Notes: generated by a model from the sequence alone, not told the origin. Positions 1 to 10,457 are shown, counted from the first letter of the stretch. The stretch: 64,000 nucleotides of DNA from Vulcanimicrobiota bacterium (GCA_050250895.1 JBFWNU010000002.1:855659-919658); one strand, 5' to 3'. A program made the numbers and translations.

Positions 1-545
1 TCTTCAGCAAGGCCCGCACCTGTGTGATCGGCCCCGACGAAACGATTTTGTTGCCCGAGGGGCGCAAATACATCGATGTCGAGGTCGAGTTGGCGGCCGT
101 CATCGGGCGAGGCGGCTCGAACATCCCGCGCGAGCGGGCCCTCGAGCATGTCTTCGGTTTCACCATCATGAATGATGTCAGCGACCGCAAGGCGCAAAAG
201 GACGATCGCCAATACTATCGCGCCAAGTCGTTTCCCACCTTTGGTCCCTGCGGTCCCCTGGTCATCACTCCCGACGAGTTCGACCACCACCACGCCGATA
301 TTCGCCTGCGCCTCAATGACCGGGTCCAGCAAGAGTCCAATACCCGTTACATGATGTTCACGGTCGAGGTGCTCATCGAGCTGCTCTCGGGCTTTCAAGA
401 GCTAGAGCCCGGCGACATCCTGACCACCGGCACGCCGGGCGGGGTCGGGGTCTTTCGGGACCCGCCTGTCTATCTTCAGGACGGGGATGTGGTCGAGTGT
501 GAAATCTCGGGTCTGGGCAAATTGACCAACCCGGTCAAGCGTTAG
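1..545 (+). CDS. Fumarylacetoacetate hydrolase family protein (5' partial)
   Basis: Frame is open from the window start (FSKARTCVIGP...); motifs DVEVELAAVIG, NDVSDR, AKSFPTFGPCGP, GDILTTGTPGGVG. Confidence 0.93.
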   Translation, partial: FSKARTCVIGPDETILLPEGRKYIDVEVELAAVIGRGGSNIPRERALEHVFGFTIMNDVSDRKAQKDDRQYYRAKSFPTFGPCGPLVITPDEFDHHHADIRLRLNDRVQQESNTRYMMFTVEVLIELLSGFQELEPGDILTTGTPGGVGVFRDPPVYLQDGDVVECEISGLGKLTNPVKR

Positions 546-2404
546 AAATCGTGGCCGTCCCAGCCGTCACCCGGTAGAGCTTCGGCCGGCGTCTCTTCCT
601 CTTCATCGACTTCCACCCAGACATATTCGTATTCGTCGTCGTCGGGGTCGAGTTCGGTGTGAATCACCTCGCCGTCGGGTAGTTCGTCCTCGGGCGCTGG
701 CGGAGGAGGCGGCGGAGGGTGATAGGCGTTGACGTTATCCAGGGTGACTTCTTCGAACACCGTGCTCTCGTCGAGCAGATAGTCGTCATCGAATTCTTCG
801 TCCTCATCTACCTCGACCCATTCGAACTCCTCGTCGGGGCCGAACACGCCCGGGGGAAGCTCCAGGGGCACGGGGGCGGGAGCCTCGGGCTCGGCCTCGA
901 GGCGCTCGGTCAAAAGCTCGCGCACTTCCTTCTCGGCTTCGTTGCCGGCACCGAAGCTGGCCATCTCGGTCAACACCGAGTCGACCATCTCGAGGGGCAG
1001 TTTGGGTACCCCCGCCCGGGCTTCGTCCGTCCGCCCCAGGGCCGCCAGGCTGAGCAGGTTGTAGGCCAGAAAGAGCCTGTCTAGCGCGTTGTCGGCCCGG
1101 TCGAGTTCCTGACACTGGTCATAGCAATCCTGATAGCGCCCCTGAATGTAGTGGTCGGCTACCACCTCCCAGGGTTGAACCTCGGGGGCCTCCTCGGCGA
1201 ATTTCTCTTCGAGCAGCTTGCGAACTTTCGCTTCGGCCTCGCTGCCCGAGCCATGTTTGTCCATCTCACCCAGGGCCGCGATGGCCATTTCGAAGGGTAG
1301 CTCTTCGATGAAGTCCAGCGCTTCCTCTGGCTCGTCGAGAGCGGCGTGACAAAGCATGGTGAAGGTCGGGTAGAGGGTGGAAGGCATGTCGGGGTCATCG
1401 CGTAACTGCTCGGCCAGATCCAGAGCGTCGAGATAGCGCCCGGTAGCGTAGTAAGAAGCCACCAGTTCCCACCCCGTCATGGCGTCCTGGCTGGCCTCAT
1501 AGGCTTTAGCCAGGGGCCGCAGGACCTCTTCCACGTCGTCGGCCGCCAGCTCGGCCTGCAGTCTGAAAGCGCCGCCATGTCCGGGATCGATCTCGAGGAT
1601 CCGCTGGACCAATTCGGCCGTGCGCGGGTCTTCGCGGCGAAGATAGATGCAAGCGACCAGAAAGAGATAGGTGGTGTCATTGCCGGCCACCGCCATGCTC
1701 TTTTCAATCAGGGCATCGGCCTCCTCGGGTTTTCCGTCGAGGTCGAGCAGGGTCGCTTTCCAGCCGGCCACCCAGGGGTTCTCGGGATTGGATTCTTGCA
1801 GCAGTTCCCAGGCCCGGTCGGGCATCTGGCGTTGCAGGGCGCCCTCGACCGCTCGCCGCACCAACTCTTCTTCGTCGGGATTATAGGCAGCCCCGAGCTC
1901 GGCCACCTGAAAGGCCAGATCAGGTTTGTCGCACTCTTCCAGCAATTTGGCCGCGGTCAGCGCGAAGACAGGGTGCTCGGGCACCTTGTGAAAGGCTTTG
2001 CAGGCAAGCTTTTCGGCCTCTTCCTTCTCGCCTCGGGCCTGGAGGCGCACGGCCAACCCGTGGAGGGCTCCGGGATTCTCGTCATCGTATTTGAGAGCCT
2101 CGCGATAGGCATCCTCGGCTCCCTCGAGGTCGCCCGTCTTTTCCATGGTCATGCCGAAGGCCAGCAGCAGGGTGGCGTCTTCGGGGTTGTCGCCCAGTTT
2201 GTCGTTTAATAGATCCAATGACTCATCCTCACGGCCTTGAATGACCATGAGCACAGCCAAGCCTGCGGCGTATAGGTTTGAGCCTTCCCCGGCCAGCTCG
2301 TTGGCCTGCTCGAGCATCAGCTCGGCAGACGCGATTTCTCCGCGCAAGAGTGCCTGCTGAGCCGACTCGAAGAGAGACTGCGGGTCGCTGAGGTTCATCG
2401 ACAT
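542..2404 (-). CDS. Tetratricopeptide-repeat protein with acidic/Pro-rich C-terminal tail
   Basis: Repeated TPR-like helices (GDLEGAEDAYREALKYDDENP; RILEIDPGH); E/D-rich tail with duplicated EWVEVDE/VWVEVDE. Confidence 0.75.
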   Translation of the reverse strand: MSMNLSDPQSLFESAQQALLRGEIASAELMLEQANELAGEGSNLYAAGLAVLMVIQGREDESLDLLNDKLGDNPEDATLLLAFGMTMEKTGDLEGAEDAYREALKYDDENPGALHGLAVRLQARGEKEEAEKLACKAFHKVPEHPVFALTAAKLLEECDKPDLAFQVAELGAAYNPDEEELVRRAVEGALQRQMPDRAWELLQESNPENPWVAGWKATLLDLDGKPEEADALIEKSMAVAGNDTTYLFLVACIYLRREDPRTAELVQRILEIDPGHGGAFRLQAELAADDVEEVLRPLAKAYEASQDAMTGWELVASYYATGRYLDALDLAEQLRDDPDMPSTLYPTFTMLCHAALDEPEEALDFIEELPFEMAIAALGEMDKHGSGSEAEAKVRKLLEEKFAEEAPEVQPWEVVADHYIQGRYQDCYDQCQELDRADNALDRLFLAYNLLSLAALGRTDEARAGVPKLPLEMVDSVLTEMASFGAGNEAEKEVRELLTERLEAEPEAPAPVPLELPPGVFGPDEEFEWVEVDEDEEFDDDYLLDESTVFEEVTLDNVNAYHPPPPPPPAPEDELPDGEVIHTELDPDDDEYEYVWVEVDEEEETPAEALPGDGWDGHDF

Positions 2405-2461
2405 AGACGAAATCTTTGTTAGACGGGAGGATGTCGCTTCTGGGGTGCCTAACCCGCCTGT

Positions 2462-3079
2462 ATGCGACGGCCAGCCATCACGGTCCTATTCCTGCTGCTG
2501 ATGACATTTGCCTCCGGCTGCGGGCAGCAAGTTCACTATGAGAAGATTGACCCCAAGGGCCGCTTCGTCAGCGAACGCTATCAGTTTTGTTTGCAAACCC
2601 CCGAGGATTGGGAGGTTCGCGAACGGGTCCAGTCTAGTGAAGTGGTTTGCCTGAGCCGTCGTTCTGGGCCCAACGATCCCTTTCGCGAGAACCTGGTGGT
2701 CGGGGTCGAGCCCCTGACCGAGAGCCTGACCTCGGAGCAGTATGCCGAAAAGAAGCAGTCCGAGTTGGGCAGCCAGGCCGAGGTGGTCGACAGCCAGCTG
2801 AGCGGCGACCTGCCCCACCTGACCTATCGTCACTCGCTCGACGGTCAGCCCATCGAGGTGCTGGCTTATTTTCGTTCTCATCAGGTGGGGGGCGCTTATT
2901 ACGGGCTGAGCTTCCTCTTCAGTCAGAGGGCCGAGGACTTTGCCGAAAGTCGCCCCATTTTCGAAGAGGCGGCTTCGACCTTCAAGTTCGGCGATGCGGA
3001 GTGTGCCGAAATGAGAAAGCTCGGTTCTTATCCGGCCGACCTGCCGACCCCCGAAGTCACTCGTTCCCCGGCTCCGTAG
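2462..3079 (+). CDS. Lipoprotein, PsbP/DcrB-like fold probable
   Basis: Signal peptide with lipobox-like ASGC; 'FCLQTPEDWEV' and 'FRENLVVGVEPL' resemble DcrB/PsbP-like proteins. Confidence 0.6.
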   Translation: MRRPAITVLFLLLMTFASGCGQQVHYEKIDPKGRFVSERYQFCLQTPEDWEVRERVQSSEVVCLSRRSGPNDPFRENLVVGVEPLTESLTSEQYAEKKQSELGSQAEVVDSQLSGDLPHLTYRHSLDGQPIEVLAYFRSHQVGGAYYGLSFLFSQRAEDFAESRPIFEEAASTFKFGDAECAEMRKLGSYPADLPTPEVTRSPAP

Positions 3080-3641
3080 GTCCCTGCCAGGGGGCGTACA
3101 GATCGTGGCTGATCGAGAACTGCTCGAGAATGCGTCCGACCGTGTGATGAACGATGTCCATGACCGTTTTGGGCTGATGATAGAAGGCCACGATGGGGGG
3201 CAGCACGGTCGCACCCATCTCGGCCAGGGCCACCAGATTGCGCAGGTGACCCAGGTGAAAGGGTGTCTCGCGGGGCACCACCACCAGTCGCCGTCGCTCT
3301 TTGAGGGTGACATCGGCCGAACGGCTGATCAAGTTGTCTCCGAAACCGTGAGCCACGGCCGCCACCGTCTTCATGCTGGCGGGCACGATCACCATGCCCT
3401 CGACGGGATAGGTGCCTGACCCGATCGAGGCCGCCACATCGTTTTCTTTGTGATAGACATCGGCCAGTTCGCGCACTCGGTCCAGGCTCCACTCGGGGCA
3501 CTCCAGACGCAGAGTCACCCCGGCCGAACGGCTGATGAGCAGGTGGGTTTCGATGGCTGGCTCGGCCCTGAGCAACTCCAGCAGGCGAATGGCATAAATC
3601 GAGCCACTGGCGCCGGTCATGGCAAGGATGATACGTCTCAC
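3057..3641 (-). CDS. ubiX: Flavin prenyltransferase UbiX
   Basis: AMTGASGSIY, PASMKT, RSADVTLKERRRLVVVPRETP, AFYHQP motifs. Confidence 0.95.
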   Translation of the reverse strand: MRRIILAMTGASGSIYAIRLLELLRAEPAIETHLLISRSAGVTLRLECPEWSLDRVRELADVYHKENDVAASIGSGTYPVEGMVIVPASMKTVAAVAHGFGDNLISRSADVTLKERRRLVVVPRETPFHLGHLRNLVALAEMGATVLPPIVAFYHQPKTVMDIVHHTVGRILEQFSISHDLYAPWQGPTEPGNE

Positions 3642-3669
3642 GCCGGGCCTTTTGCCCTCGCCCGTCGCC

Positions 3670-4257
3670 TTACCTGTCGGGGCGGCCCAGCCAGAACTGC
3701 ATCGGTTTCGGGCTCTCGTGGTCCTCGTCGAGATCCTGCCAGCGATACTCGGTGGTGAGGCCGGGCTCGGCCCGATAGCCTCGGCCGTGCCAGAACGGCT
3801 CCAGGCTGCGATAGTCGTTCGGCCGGCGGGGATGGTCCTCGGGGCGGATCACGGCGCAAAAGCAGGTTCGTCTGAAACCGTGGCGGGCCGCGGCGGCCTC
3901 GCGCCGGTCGAAGAATTCGTGTCCCAGACCGCGCCCCCGATAGCTTGCCAGCAAGAGCGACTCGCCGAAGTAGTAGAACTCGTCGGGGTCGAGTCCGGCT
4001 TGCTGAAAGGGCCGTCGAAAGTCGTCTTCTTCGTCAGCCAGGGGCAGGGCAGTCGAGGCTCCTACCGCCTGACCCTGGTCGCGAACCACCACCAGCGCGC
4101 TGCGGGGCGAGCGGACCAGCGTCTGAAGATAGCGCAATTCATAGTCGAGATCGCCGTCGTAGAGGTAAGGGAACTCCCGAAAGATGGTGAGCCTGAGCTG
4201 GGCCAGTTCCGGCAGCAGGGCCTCGATGTCGGTTCCCGCGCACTCCACGATTTCCAT
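3670..4257 (-). CDS. GNAT family N-acetyltransferase
   Basis: FREFPYLYDG, YFGESLLLASYRGRGLG acetyl-CoA-binding motif. Confidence 0.9.
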   Translation of the reverse strand: MEIVECAGTDIEALLPELAQLRLTIFREFPYLYDGDLDYELRYLQTLVRSPRSALVVVRDQGQAVGASTALPLADEEDDFRRPFQQAGLDPDEFYYFGESLLLASYRGRGLGHEFFDRREAAAARHGFRRTCFCAVIRPEDHPRRPNDYRSLEPFWHGRGYRAEPGLTTEYRWQDLDEDHESPKPMQFWLGRPDR

Positions 4258-4337
4258 CCTGCCTCCTTCGTTTCACACTTTCAGAAAACTTTCACGGCTC
4301 GGACCTAAGCTGGCCAAAACACGAGAAAACCATCATG

Positions 4338-4653
4338 GCGATATCAACATCGCGCTCAACCAGGCCTTCGGTGGCTTCAACGTCCGCCCCACCAATCAGA
4401 CCCAGCGGGTCGGAACCTTCACCGTCACCGCCGGAGTGCGCTCGGATGGCGTCAAGCCAGCCGAGGTGCTGGTCTTCGAAAAAGGCGAGTTTCGCAATCG
4501 CAATCGCGGCTTCGGCTTTGGCAACTTCCAGTTCGACACGACCCTACCCAACGCTCGGGTGGGTAAGACCTATCAGGCCCAGATCTTCTGGGGACGCGCG
4601 ATGTCTTCATGGACGAGGCCAACGAGCGCGTCTTCATCAGCACCCTGTTTTGA
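4338..4653 (+). pseudogene. Probable gene remnant (no good start, internal frameshift)
   Basis: Coding-like frame GDINIALNQAFGG...YQAQIFWGR continues after a shift near 4597 as RDVFMDEANERVFISTLF*. Confidence 0.35.
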
Positions 4654-4779
4654 CAGGAGCCAATTGTTACGGAATGGTAATAAAGTTTTCCGTGCCTTAA
4701 CAACTTTTGTCCCTCGCTATGTTCTCTCTTGGCTAGACTGAGGTCTGGAGAGAGGAGCAAAGACGAAAGGACAACACCA

Positions 4780-5202
4780 ATGGCTCAACCTATCCGTGGC
4801 GGCGGAAGTGGCAAACACCGGAGCTTTGCTCCCAGAATCAAGCGACCCGTGAAGAAACCCACTCACTTTCCCCCCTCAGCGCCCAATCGCGGCACTCAGA
4901 AGCCCGACCCCTCTCTCAAACCCTCCGGCGGTGATAAAGGCTGGAAACACCTTCCCGGCAACTCGGGTCCTAAAGTCGACTCCGGCGGCAACGCTTCTGG
5001 CGGACTCAAGCACACCCCGCCCAGCCCTTCGGGGCCAAAGATCCCCAGCCACGACACCGACGTTCCCCCCACCAATGTCGATCCCAACTTGCGCCACGGA
5101 ACCCCGCCCTATCGGGGACCTCTCTATCTGGCCCAACCCTCGGCGGGCGGGCAGGCCGCTGCAGCCGGACTGGCTGACAACTACGCTAGCGCGTTCACCT
5201 AA
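4780..5202 (+). CDS. Hypothetical Pro/Gly-rich disordered protein
   Basis: ATG at 4780 preceded by GAAAGGA; followed directly by a terminator hairpin. Confidence 0.6.
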   Translation: MAQPIRGGGSGKHRSFAPRIKRPVKKPTHFPPSAPNRGTQKPDPSLKPSGGDKGWKHLPGNSGPKVDSGGNASGGLKHTPPSPSGPKIPSHDTDVPPTNVDPNLRHGTPPYRGPLYLAQPSAGGQAAAAGLADNYASAFT

Positions 5203-5236
5203 GAAAAGTGTCCCTCGAGGAGGGGCACTTTTCTTT
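5201..5236. terminator. Bidirectional intrinsic terminator
   Basis: AAGAAAAGTGTCCCTC-GAG-GAGGGGCACTTTTCTT inverted repeat between convergent genes. Confidence 0.8.
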
Positions 5237-5927
5237 AGATCCACTGGTAGGCCATCACTTTTTCTGGCTCGCCTTCGGGGACGGCGGTGAATTTCGATTC
5301 ATCCACGCTGGGACTGAGATTGACCTCGGTGCAGATGAAGTCTGAACCGAGGACCGCGTCTTTGCCTCCGCCCGAGTCTTCGCCCACGGCATCGGCTCGG
5401 CGCAGCAGCAGGTTGCGGTTGGGGTCGATCCAGAAGCGAAAGACCACTTCACCTCCCAGGGCGCTTTGTTGCCGGGAGATCAGCCGATTGCAGGTGACAC
5501 CCTCGACCGCTTCGGTGCCGTCCTCGGCGGTGGGCAGCGACTTGGGGATCTTCCAGAACAGGTTGTTCTTGAGAAAGTCAGGGTCGGGAGTATACTCGAC
5601 AAAGCCCTCTTCTTTAAAGACCTCGCCGGGATTGTCCTTGAGAGCCGAGGTTCGGTTGAACTCGCGCAGCTTTTCACCGTCAAAGACGACATCGGATTCG
5701 TGGATGGTCCACACGCCCAGGTCGGCGCTGAGAACCTTCTTGTGCAGATAGAACTTCTTGCCCTGGGTGGTGAGTTCGAACTCGCCGGTGGTGGCGGCGC
5801 CGCCGGTCAGTCCTCGATGGGTGACCTTCCACTTGGACGAATGAGTCTTGTCGGCGTTGACCTTGGCGATCGGGCCGCCGCAACCGGCCAGCAGCAGGCA
5901 CAAAATGGCCAGCATCGTGCGTTTCAT
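5235..5927 (-). CDS. Lipoprotein, possible LolA-like/MucB-RseB fold
   Basis: Lipobox LLAGC; GTEAVEGVTC, FWIDPNRNLLLR, NLSPSVDESKF. Confidence 0.55.
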   Translation of the reverse strand: MKRTMLAILCLLLAGCGGPIAKVNADKTHSSKWKVTHRGLTGGAATTGEFELTTQGKKFYLHKKVLSADLGVWTIHESDVVFDGEKLREFNRTSALKDNPGEVFKEEGFVEYTPDPDFLKNNLFWKIPKSLPTAEDGTEAVEGVTCNRLISRQQSALGGEVVFRFWIDPNRNLLLRRADAVGEDSGGGKDAVLGSDFICTEVNLSPSVDESKFTAVPEGEPEKVMAYQWI

Positions 5928-6367
5928 GGATTTTGCTCCTTCTTGAAGTTGTCAAAGTGTGTTCGCAGACAGGGGCCGATTCCTTCGAATTCGGCCAGGG
6001 ACGGCCCGAAGTCGATCTCGCTCCCGTCCTTGAGTAGTAAACTTGCGCCCAGAGAGTGCTCTACCACCCGCTTCACCTCGACCCATCCCAGACTGAGGTG
6101 GGCCAGGGGGCCGCGCGCGCTGACGCCGTCAGGCCCTATGCTCACCTGGGCATAGTAATCTTTGAGACCCACTCGAGCCAGGGCGCCGGCGCAAGCCAGC
6201 GCGAACAAGACCCCCAGCAAGACGCAGACCCGCTCATTGATCCCATGCATGGCCAGAGGGCCGTCGAGGGTGATGATGATGAGCCCGAGCACGGCTAGCA
6301 GGACCAGAAAGCCGGCCCCGCCCATGGGGACTGCCAGGCTCGAGGCTCGACCGTGAAAAGTCGTCAT
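5924..6367 (-). CDS. Hypothetical membrane protein (2 TM plus small C-terminal domain)
   Basis: Two hydrophobic segments; ATGA overlaps with both neighbours. Confidence 0.6.
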   Translation of the reverse strand: MTTFHGRASSLAVPMGGAGFLVLLAVLGLIIITLDGPLAMHGINERVCVLLGVLFALACAGALARVGLKDYYAQVSIGPDGVSARGPLAHLSLGWVEVKRVVEHSLGASLLLKDGSEIDFGPSLAEFEGIGPCLRTHFDNFKKEQNP

Positions 6368-6867
6368 TCTTCCTCTTCGGGCATCTCGAACGAGTTTATC
6401 TCGTCCCAACGTTTGCCCTCTTTGTTCTTGATGGTCTGGTCGGTGACCTTGGCCAGCTGCACCAGCACTGCACTCTGGTCCTCGCTCATGCGGCGAAGGA
6501 TGAGGAAGTTGGGATTCTCCTGAGCCATGTACTCATTGAGCAGAGTCGGCGAGACGGCGTAGTGTAGGGGAGTGTTGCCCAGGTTGTCGACCGCGTTCGG
6601 ATCGGCGCCCTCTTTGAGCAGCAGCATCGTCATCATGGGGTTGCAGTAGTCGGCGGCGATATGAAGTGGGGTTCTTCCCTGGCTATCGCGATAGTTGGCC
6701 AGTTCGGGATTCTCTTTGAGCGCTGACTGGGCCCGGATGGTAGCGTCTTCGGTGTGGGCGCTGATGAGCTTGGTGAAGCTCGCGCCGCTCGAGCAACCTA
6801 CTAGCAGCAAGAGCATGATAACTGTTGGTAGAACTGCTCCTTCTGTGCTTTTTTGCTTGGTGGACAT
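6364..6867 (-). CDS. Ankyrin-repeat lipoprotein
   Basis: LVGC lipobox; GRTPLHIAA, GADPNAVDNLGNTPLHYAV. Confidence 0.85.
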   Translation of the reverse strand: MSTKQKSTEGAVLPTVIMLLLLVGCSSGASFTKLISAHTEDATIRAQSALKENPELANYRDSQGRTPLHIAADYCNPMMTMLLLKEGADPNAVDNLGNTPLHYAVSPTLLNEYMAQENPNFLILRRMSEDQSAVLVQLAKVTDQTIKNKEGKRWDEINSFEMPEEEE

Positions 6868-6980
6868 GACTAGGATTCTATCATATGCAACACCATGCGG
6901 CCAGGTATTTGGATGGGATTTTTGGCGCGATGGGCCGGCACCCGTCGAGGCCCGCCCGGGCGAGCCAGGCGTTGCTCAGC

Positions 6981-9293
6981 CTACTCGAACTCCAGGCTCA
7001 GCTTACCGGGGGTGAAGGGCAGACGGGCCTCGAGGGTGCGAGTGGCGGGGTTATAGGTCGAGGGCACCGACTGGCCGTTCAGGCGCAGGGTCGACCGGTC
7101 CAGGTCGTGCCAGGTCAGGGTCAGCTCGCGAATCTGGCTGACCCGCGGCCCGGGCTGGCTGGTGATGGTCAGGGCCTGGCCCTGGACAAAGTGGATCTCT
7201 TCGGTGGGAGCGTCGATGGTCAGGCTGTCGTCGAGGATCAGGTCGGCCTCGCCCCGGCCACGCACCACCGAGAGCTGAAGGCTGGTGAGCGGGGTCTGGT
7301 CGACCCACTGGGTGGGTGGGCGGCGGCAGACGATCGAGCCGGCCCGCTGATAGAGGGGCAGCCGCTCGAGGGGCACTTCGGTGAGGATATCCCCCGCCAC
7401 GAGCTGGTTGGCGTCGAGGTCCCACCAGCCGCCCGGAGGCAGGTGGACCTTGCGAAAGCGCTGGGCATCGGCTACCACCGGGGCCACCAGCAGGGCCGGC
7501 CCGACCAGAAATTCGTCCTCCACCTGATAGGCCAGCTCGTCGTCAGGGAACTCGAGCCAGAGCGGGCGCAGGATGGGAGTGCCCGTGCGGTGGGCATGGT
7601 GCAATTGGCTGTAGAGATAGGGCATCAGCGCATAGCGCCGTTCGATGACGGCGCGGCTGATGTCCTCGACTTGCTCGCCCAGCGACCACGGCTCCTGGTC
7701 GGGGGTGTCGCGGGTGCTGTGGGTGCGCATGAACGGCATCATCGAACCCACCTGGATCCAGCGAATGTAGAGCTCGGGCGTTGGACGGCCGATGAAGCCG
7801 CCAATGTCGGGCCCCACGAAGGGAACACCCGACACGCCCAGGCCGATAGCCATGCGGATCGAGAGGGCCAGGTCGTCGAAGGTGGCCGAGTTGTCGCCGG
7901 TCCAGATGGCGGCGTACTTTTGCATGCCGGCATAAGAGGCGCGGCTCACGATAAAAGGCCGCAGCTTGGGATCGGCGGCCACCAGGCCTTCATAGGTCGC
8001 TCGAGCCATGAGATAGCCATACAGGTTGTGCAAGCGCTTGATGCCTTCGACCACGAACGGCATCTCGCGACCCCACAGGGCCGGCTCGTTCATGTCGTTC
8101 CAGAAGCCGGCCACGCCGCGGGCGCGGTGGTCGGCGTCGAGCCTGCCCCACCAGGCCCGGGTGGCCGGTTTGCGAAAGTCGGGAAAGTAGCACCAGCCCG
8201 GCCAGACCTGACCGCGAAAGGGTTTGCCGTCGAGATACTTGAGAAAATGGTCGCCGGCCAGGCCCGTGTCGTGCACGGCGTAGCCGGGTTCTACCTTGAC
8301 TCCGGGGTCGATGATGGTGACCACCTTGAAGCCCTGGCTCTTGAGTTCTTGTAACAGAGCCTCGGGAGCGGGAAAACGCTCGGCGTCCCAGGTGAAGACC
8401 TTGTAGGCGTCCATGAAGTGGATGTCGAGATAGAGGACGTCCGCGGGGATTTTGCGCTGGCGATAGTTGCGGGCCACATCGCGGATCTCGTAGTCGGGAT
8501 AGTAGCTCCAGCGGCACTGCTGATTGCCCAGGGCCCACTTGGGCGGCATGGCCATGCGTCCGGTCAGGCGGGTGTAAGAGTCAAGGATCCGCTTAGCGTC
8601 GGCACCTAGAAAGACATAATAATCGAGGCTTCCCCCCGCGGCGCCGAAGGAGAAGAGCCGATCATTACCGGCTCCTAGATTGAACGTCGAACGATAGGGA
8701 TTGTCGAAGAAGATCCCATAGGTCATGCGGTGGTGGCGGCCCAAAAAGAAGGGGATGGTGCCATAAATGGGGTCGGTTTCGTTGGTGTAGCCGGGAATGT
8801 CCGAGTTCCACATCGTCCAGAAACGCCCGGCCTTGTTGATCGGACCCGTCTTTTCGCCCAGGCCGAAGAACTGCTCTTTGGGCCAGAGCTTCTTCCAGGT
8901 GCGGATTTCCTTGCCGTCCCAGCCGTGGCCGAACGACTCGTCGTCGAGCAAGACCAGCGAGCCGTCGGAGCGCAAGAAGGACAGGCGCACCGGGTTCTTC
9001 TTGACCACTACCAGGGCATAACCACAATCGATGCTCAGGGCTTCGGGCCGGTCTTCGACCTTGAAGGTCGCCGGGGGCAACGGCTGCAGCACCGTTTCGG
9101 AGGGTTCAGCGTCAGGTCCGAGTTGCACGCGGATGACCTCGCCCTGATGAAAGGTTAGCGTCAGCGGGCGGTTCGAGGTGGTGATCTCGAGGCGGTTGTC
9201 GACCATCCGGTGAGAGCGATAATCACCCAGGAATTCGTAGTCGTCGGCCAGGGCCGGGGCAAGTAACAGCAGCAGCAGGAGTAGGCGTTTCAC
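6981..9293 (-). CDS. Secreted glycoside hydrolase family 31 (alpha-glucosidase)
   Basis: Signal peptide; YLDIHFMD, WNDMNEP nucleophile motif, WTGDN acid/base motif, GPDIGGF. Confidence 0.95.
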   Translation of the reverse strand: MKRLLLLLLLLAPALADDYEFLGDYRSHRMVDNRLEITTSNRPLTLTFHQGEVIRVQLGPDAEPSETVLQPLPPATFKVEDRPEALSIDCGYALVVVKKNPVRLSFLRSDGSLVLLDDESFGHGWDGKEIRTWKKLWPKEQFFGLGEKTGPINKAGRFWTMWNSDIPGYTNETDPIYGTIPFFLGRHHRMTYGIFFDNPYRSTFNLGAGNDRLFSFGAAGGSLDYYVFLGADAKRILDSYTRLTGRMAMPPKWALGNQQCRWSYYPDYEIRDVARNYRQRKIPADVLYLDIHFMDAYKVFTWDAERFPAPEALLQELKSQGFKVVTIIDPGVKVEPGYAVHDTGLAGDHFLKYLDGKPFRGQVWPGWCYFPDFRKPATRAWWGRLDADHRARGVAGFWNDMNEPALWGREMPFVVEGIKRLHNLYGYLMARATYEGLVAADPKLRPFIVSRASYAGMQKYAAIWTGDNSATFDDLALSIRMAIGLGVSGVPFVGPDIGGFIGRPTPELYIRWIQVGSMMPFMRTHSTRDTPDQEPWSLGEQVEDISRAVIERRYALMPYLYSQLHHAHRTGTPILRPLWLEFPDDELAYQVEDEFLVGPALLVAPVVADAQRFRKVHLPPGGWWDLDANQLVAGDILTEVPLERLPLYQRAGSIVCRRPPTQWVDQTPLTSLQLSVVRGRGEADLILDDSLTIDAPTEEIHFVQGQALTITSQPGPRVSQIRELTLTWHDLDRSTLRLNGQSVPSTYNPATRTLEARLPFTPGKLSLEFE

Positions 9294-9434
9294 CTCGGTC
9301 CCTTCGCGAAAGAGCGCGAACTCCTGTTGTCACAAACTTTTAACATTCCCTGGGAACCCTGGTTGGAACTCGGGCCATTGTGGCAGTCACAGGTCAGCCA
9401 CGACGGCTTCAATAGAATCACCAGGAGGTCCACT

Positions 9435-10457
9435 ATGAGAATCGCCGACATCCCCCGACTCCAATCGGTCTTTCAAACCCGCGCCGCTCGCACCGAGCCC
9501 ACCGGCAAGGTCGAAACCGAGCAGCAGCCCACGGAACGAGTGACCCTCAAGGGCCGCAGTGGCGAGTTTGCGCCTTTGCGCTCGCTGTCCGGCAAGAGTC
9601 TATTGGCGATGGCCAGCCAGACCGCTTTGCAGGCGGCCTCGGTGGCGGGTCTGCCGGCCGCCGTGACCAGCGCCTTCGCCCCGGCCGAGTTCCTGATGCT
9701 CAACTCGGGCGACTATCACAACGCTCAGCATCCGGTCAACGTGGGAGAGACGGTCAAGACCATCGCCGGCAACGCCGGTCGCTCGCCGGAGCGGGTCGAT
9801 TTTCTGGGCCAGGTCTCTCTCATCCACGACGCCGACGAGCGCATCCTGATGGATGGCCAGGGTGGCTACAGCTACAAAGAAGGCGCCGCTCCGGCCCGGG
9901 TGCCGGTGACGCTGGCCTGGATGGACCTCAACCAGGACGCCCTGCAAGACCGATTCGGCTGGAACGGCGGCCAGTTCGACGAAGCCAAAGCCTTGATCGC
10001 CGGCACCGAGCATCCTCTCAACGACAGGGTGGGTCCCAACCGCACCTACAACCTGCCGGAGTTTGACGGCAAGAGTTCTCAGGCCGTGCTGGCCGAGCAA
10101 CTTGCCGGCTTGCCCGAAGAGCGGCGGGCAGCCGTGCTCGAAGAGATCCAGATGCTGCGCTTTGCTGACCAGTCGGCCGAGTATCTCAACGGCAACGATC
10201 AGGCTCGCCAGGCCGTGGTGGGCCTCTCGAGCGAGATCGGCGTGCCGGCCGAGGCCCTGCTCAAGGGCACTCCGTCTTTCGTTGGCGGCCTGGGTCAGGA
10301 CAATGAAGCCTTCGGCGACCTGCCCATCGCCACCAGCCGCAACCTGGCCGCGGAGTTCAAGCTACAGGCTCACATCTATGAACCGGCCGAACTCCACGGC
10401 CTGCTCTCGCAACCTCAGCGAGCCGCTCTGGATGGGGTCAAGCTGGGTCTGGAATAG
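9435..10457 (+). CDS. Hypothetical protein
   Basis: AGGAGG RBS before ATG 9435 (MRIADIPRL); GC-rich third codon positions. Confidence 0.7.
   Translation: MRIADIPRLQSVFQTRAARTEPTGKVETEQQPTERVTLKGRSGEFAPLRSLSGKSLLAMASQTALQAASVAGLPAAVTSAFAPAEFLMLNSGDYHNAQHPVNVGETVKTIAGNAGRSPERVDFLGQVSLIHDADERILMDGQGGYSYKEGAAPARVPVTLAWMDLNQDALQDRFGWNGGQFDEAKALIAGTEHPLNDRVGPNRTYNLPEFDGKSSQAVLAEQLAGLPEERRAAVLEEIQMLRFADQSAEYLNGNDQARQAVVGLSSEIGVPAEALLKGTPSFVGGLGQDNEAFGDLPIATSRNLAAEFKLQAHIYEPAELHGLLSQPQRAALDGVKLGLE

Noticed and set aside
3057-3641. ubiX without adjacent ubiD as unusual
   Set aside because: ubiX is frequently unlinked from ubiD
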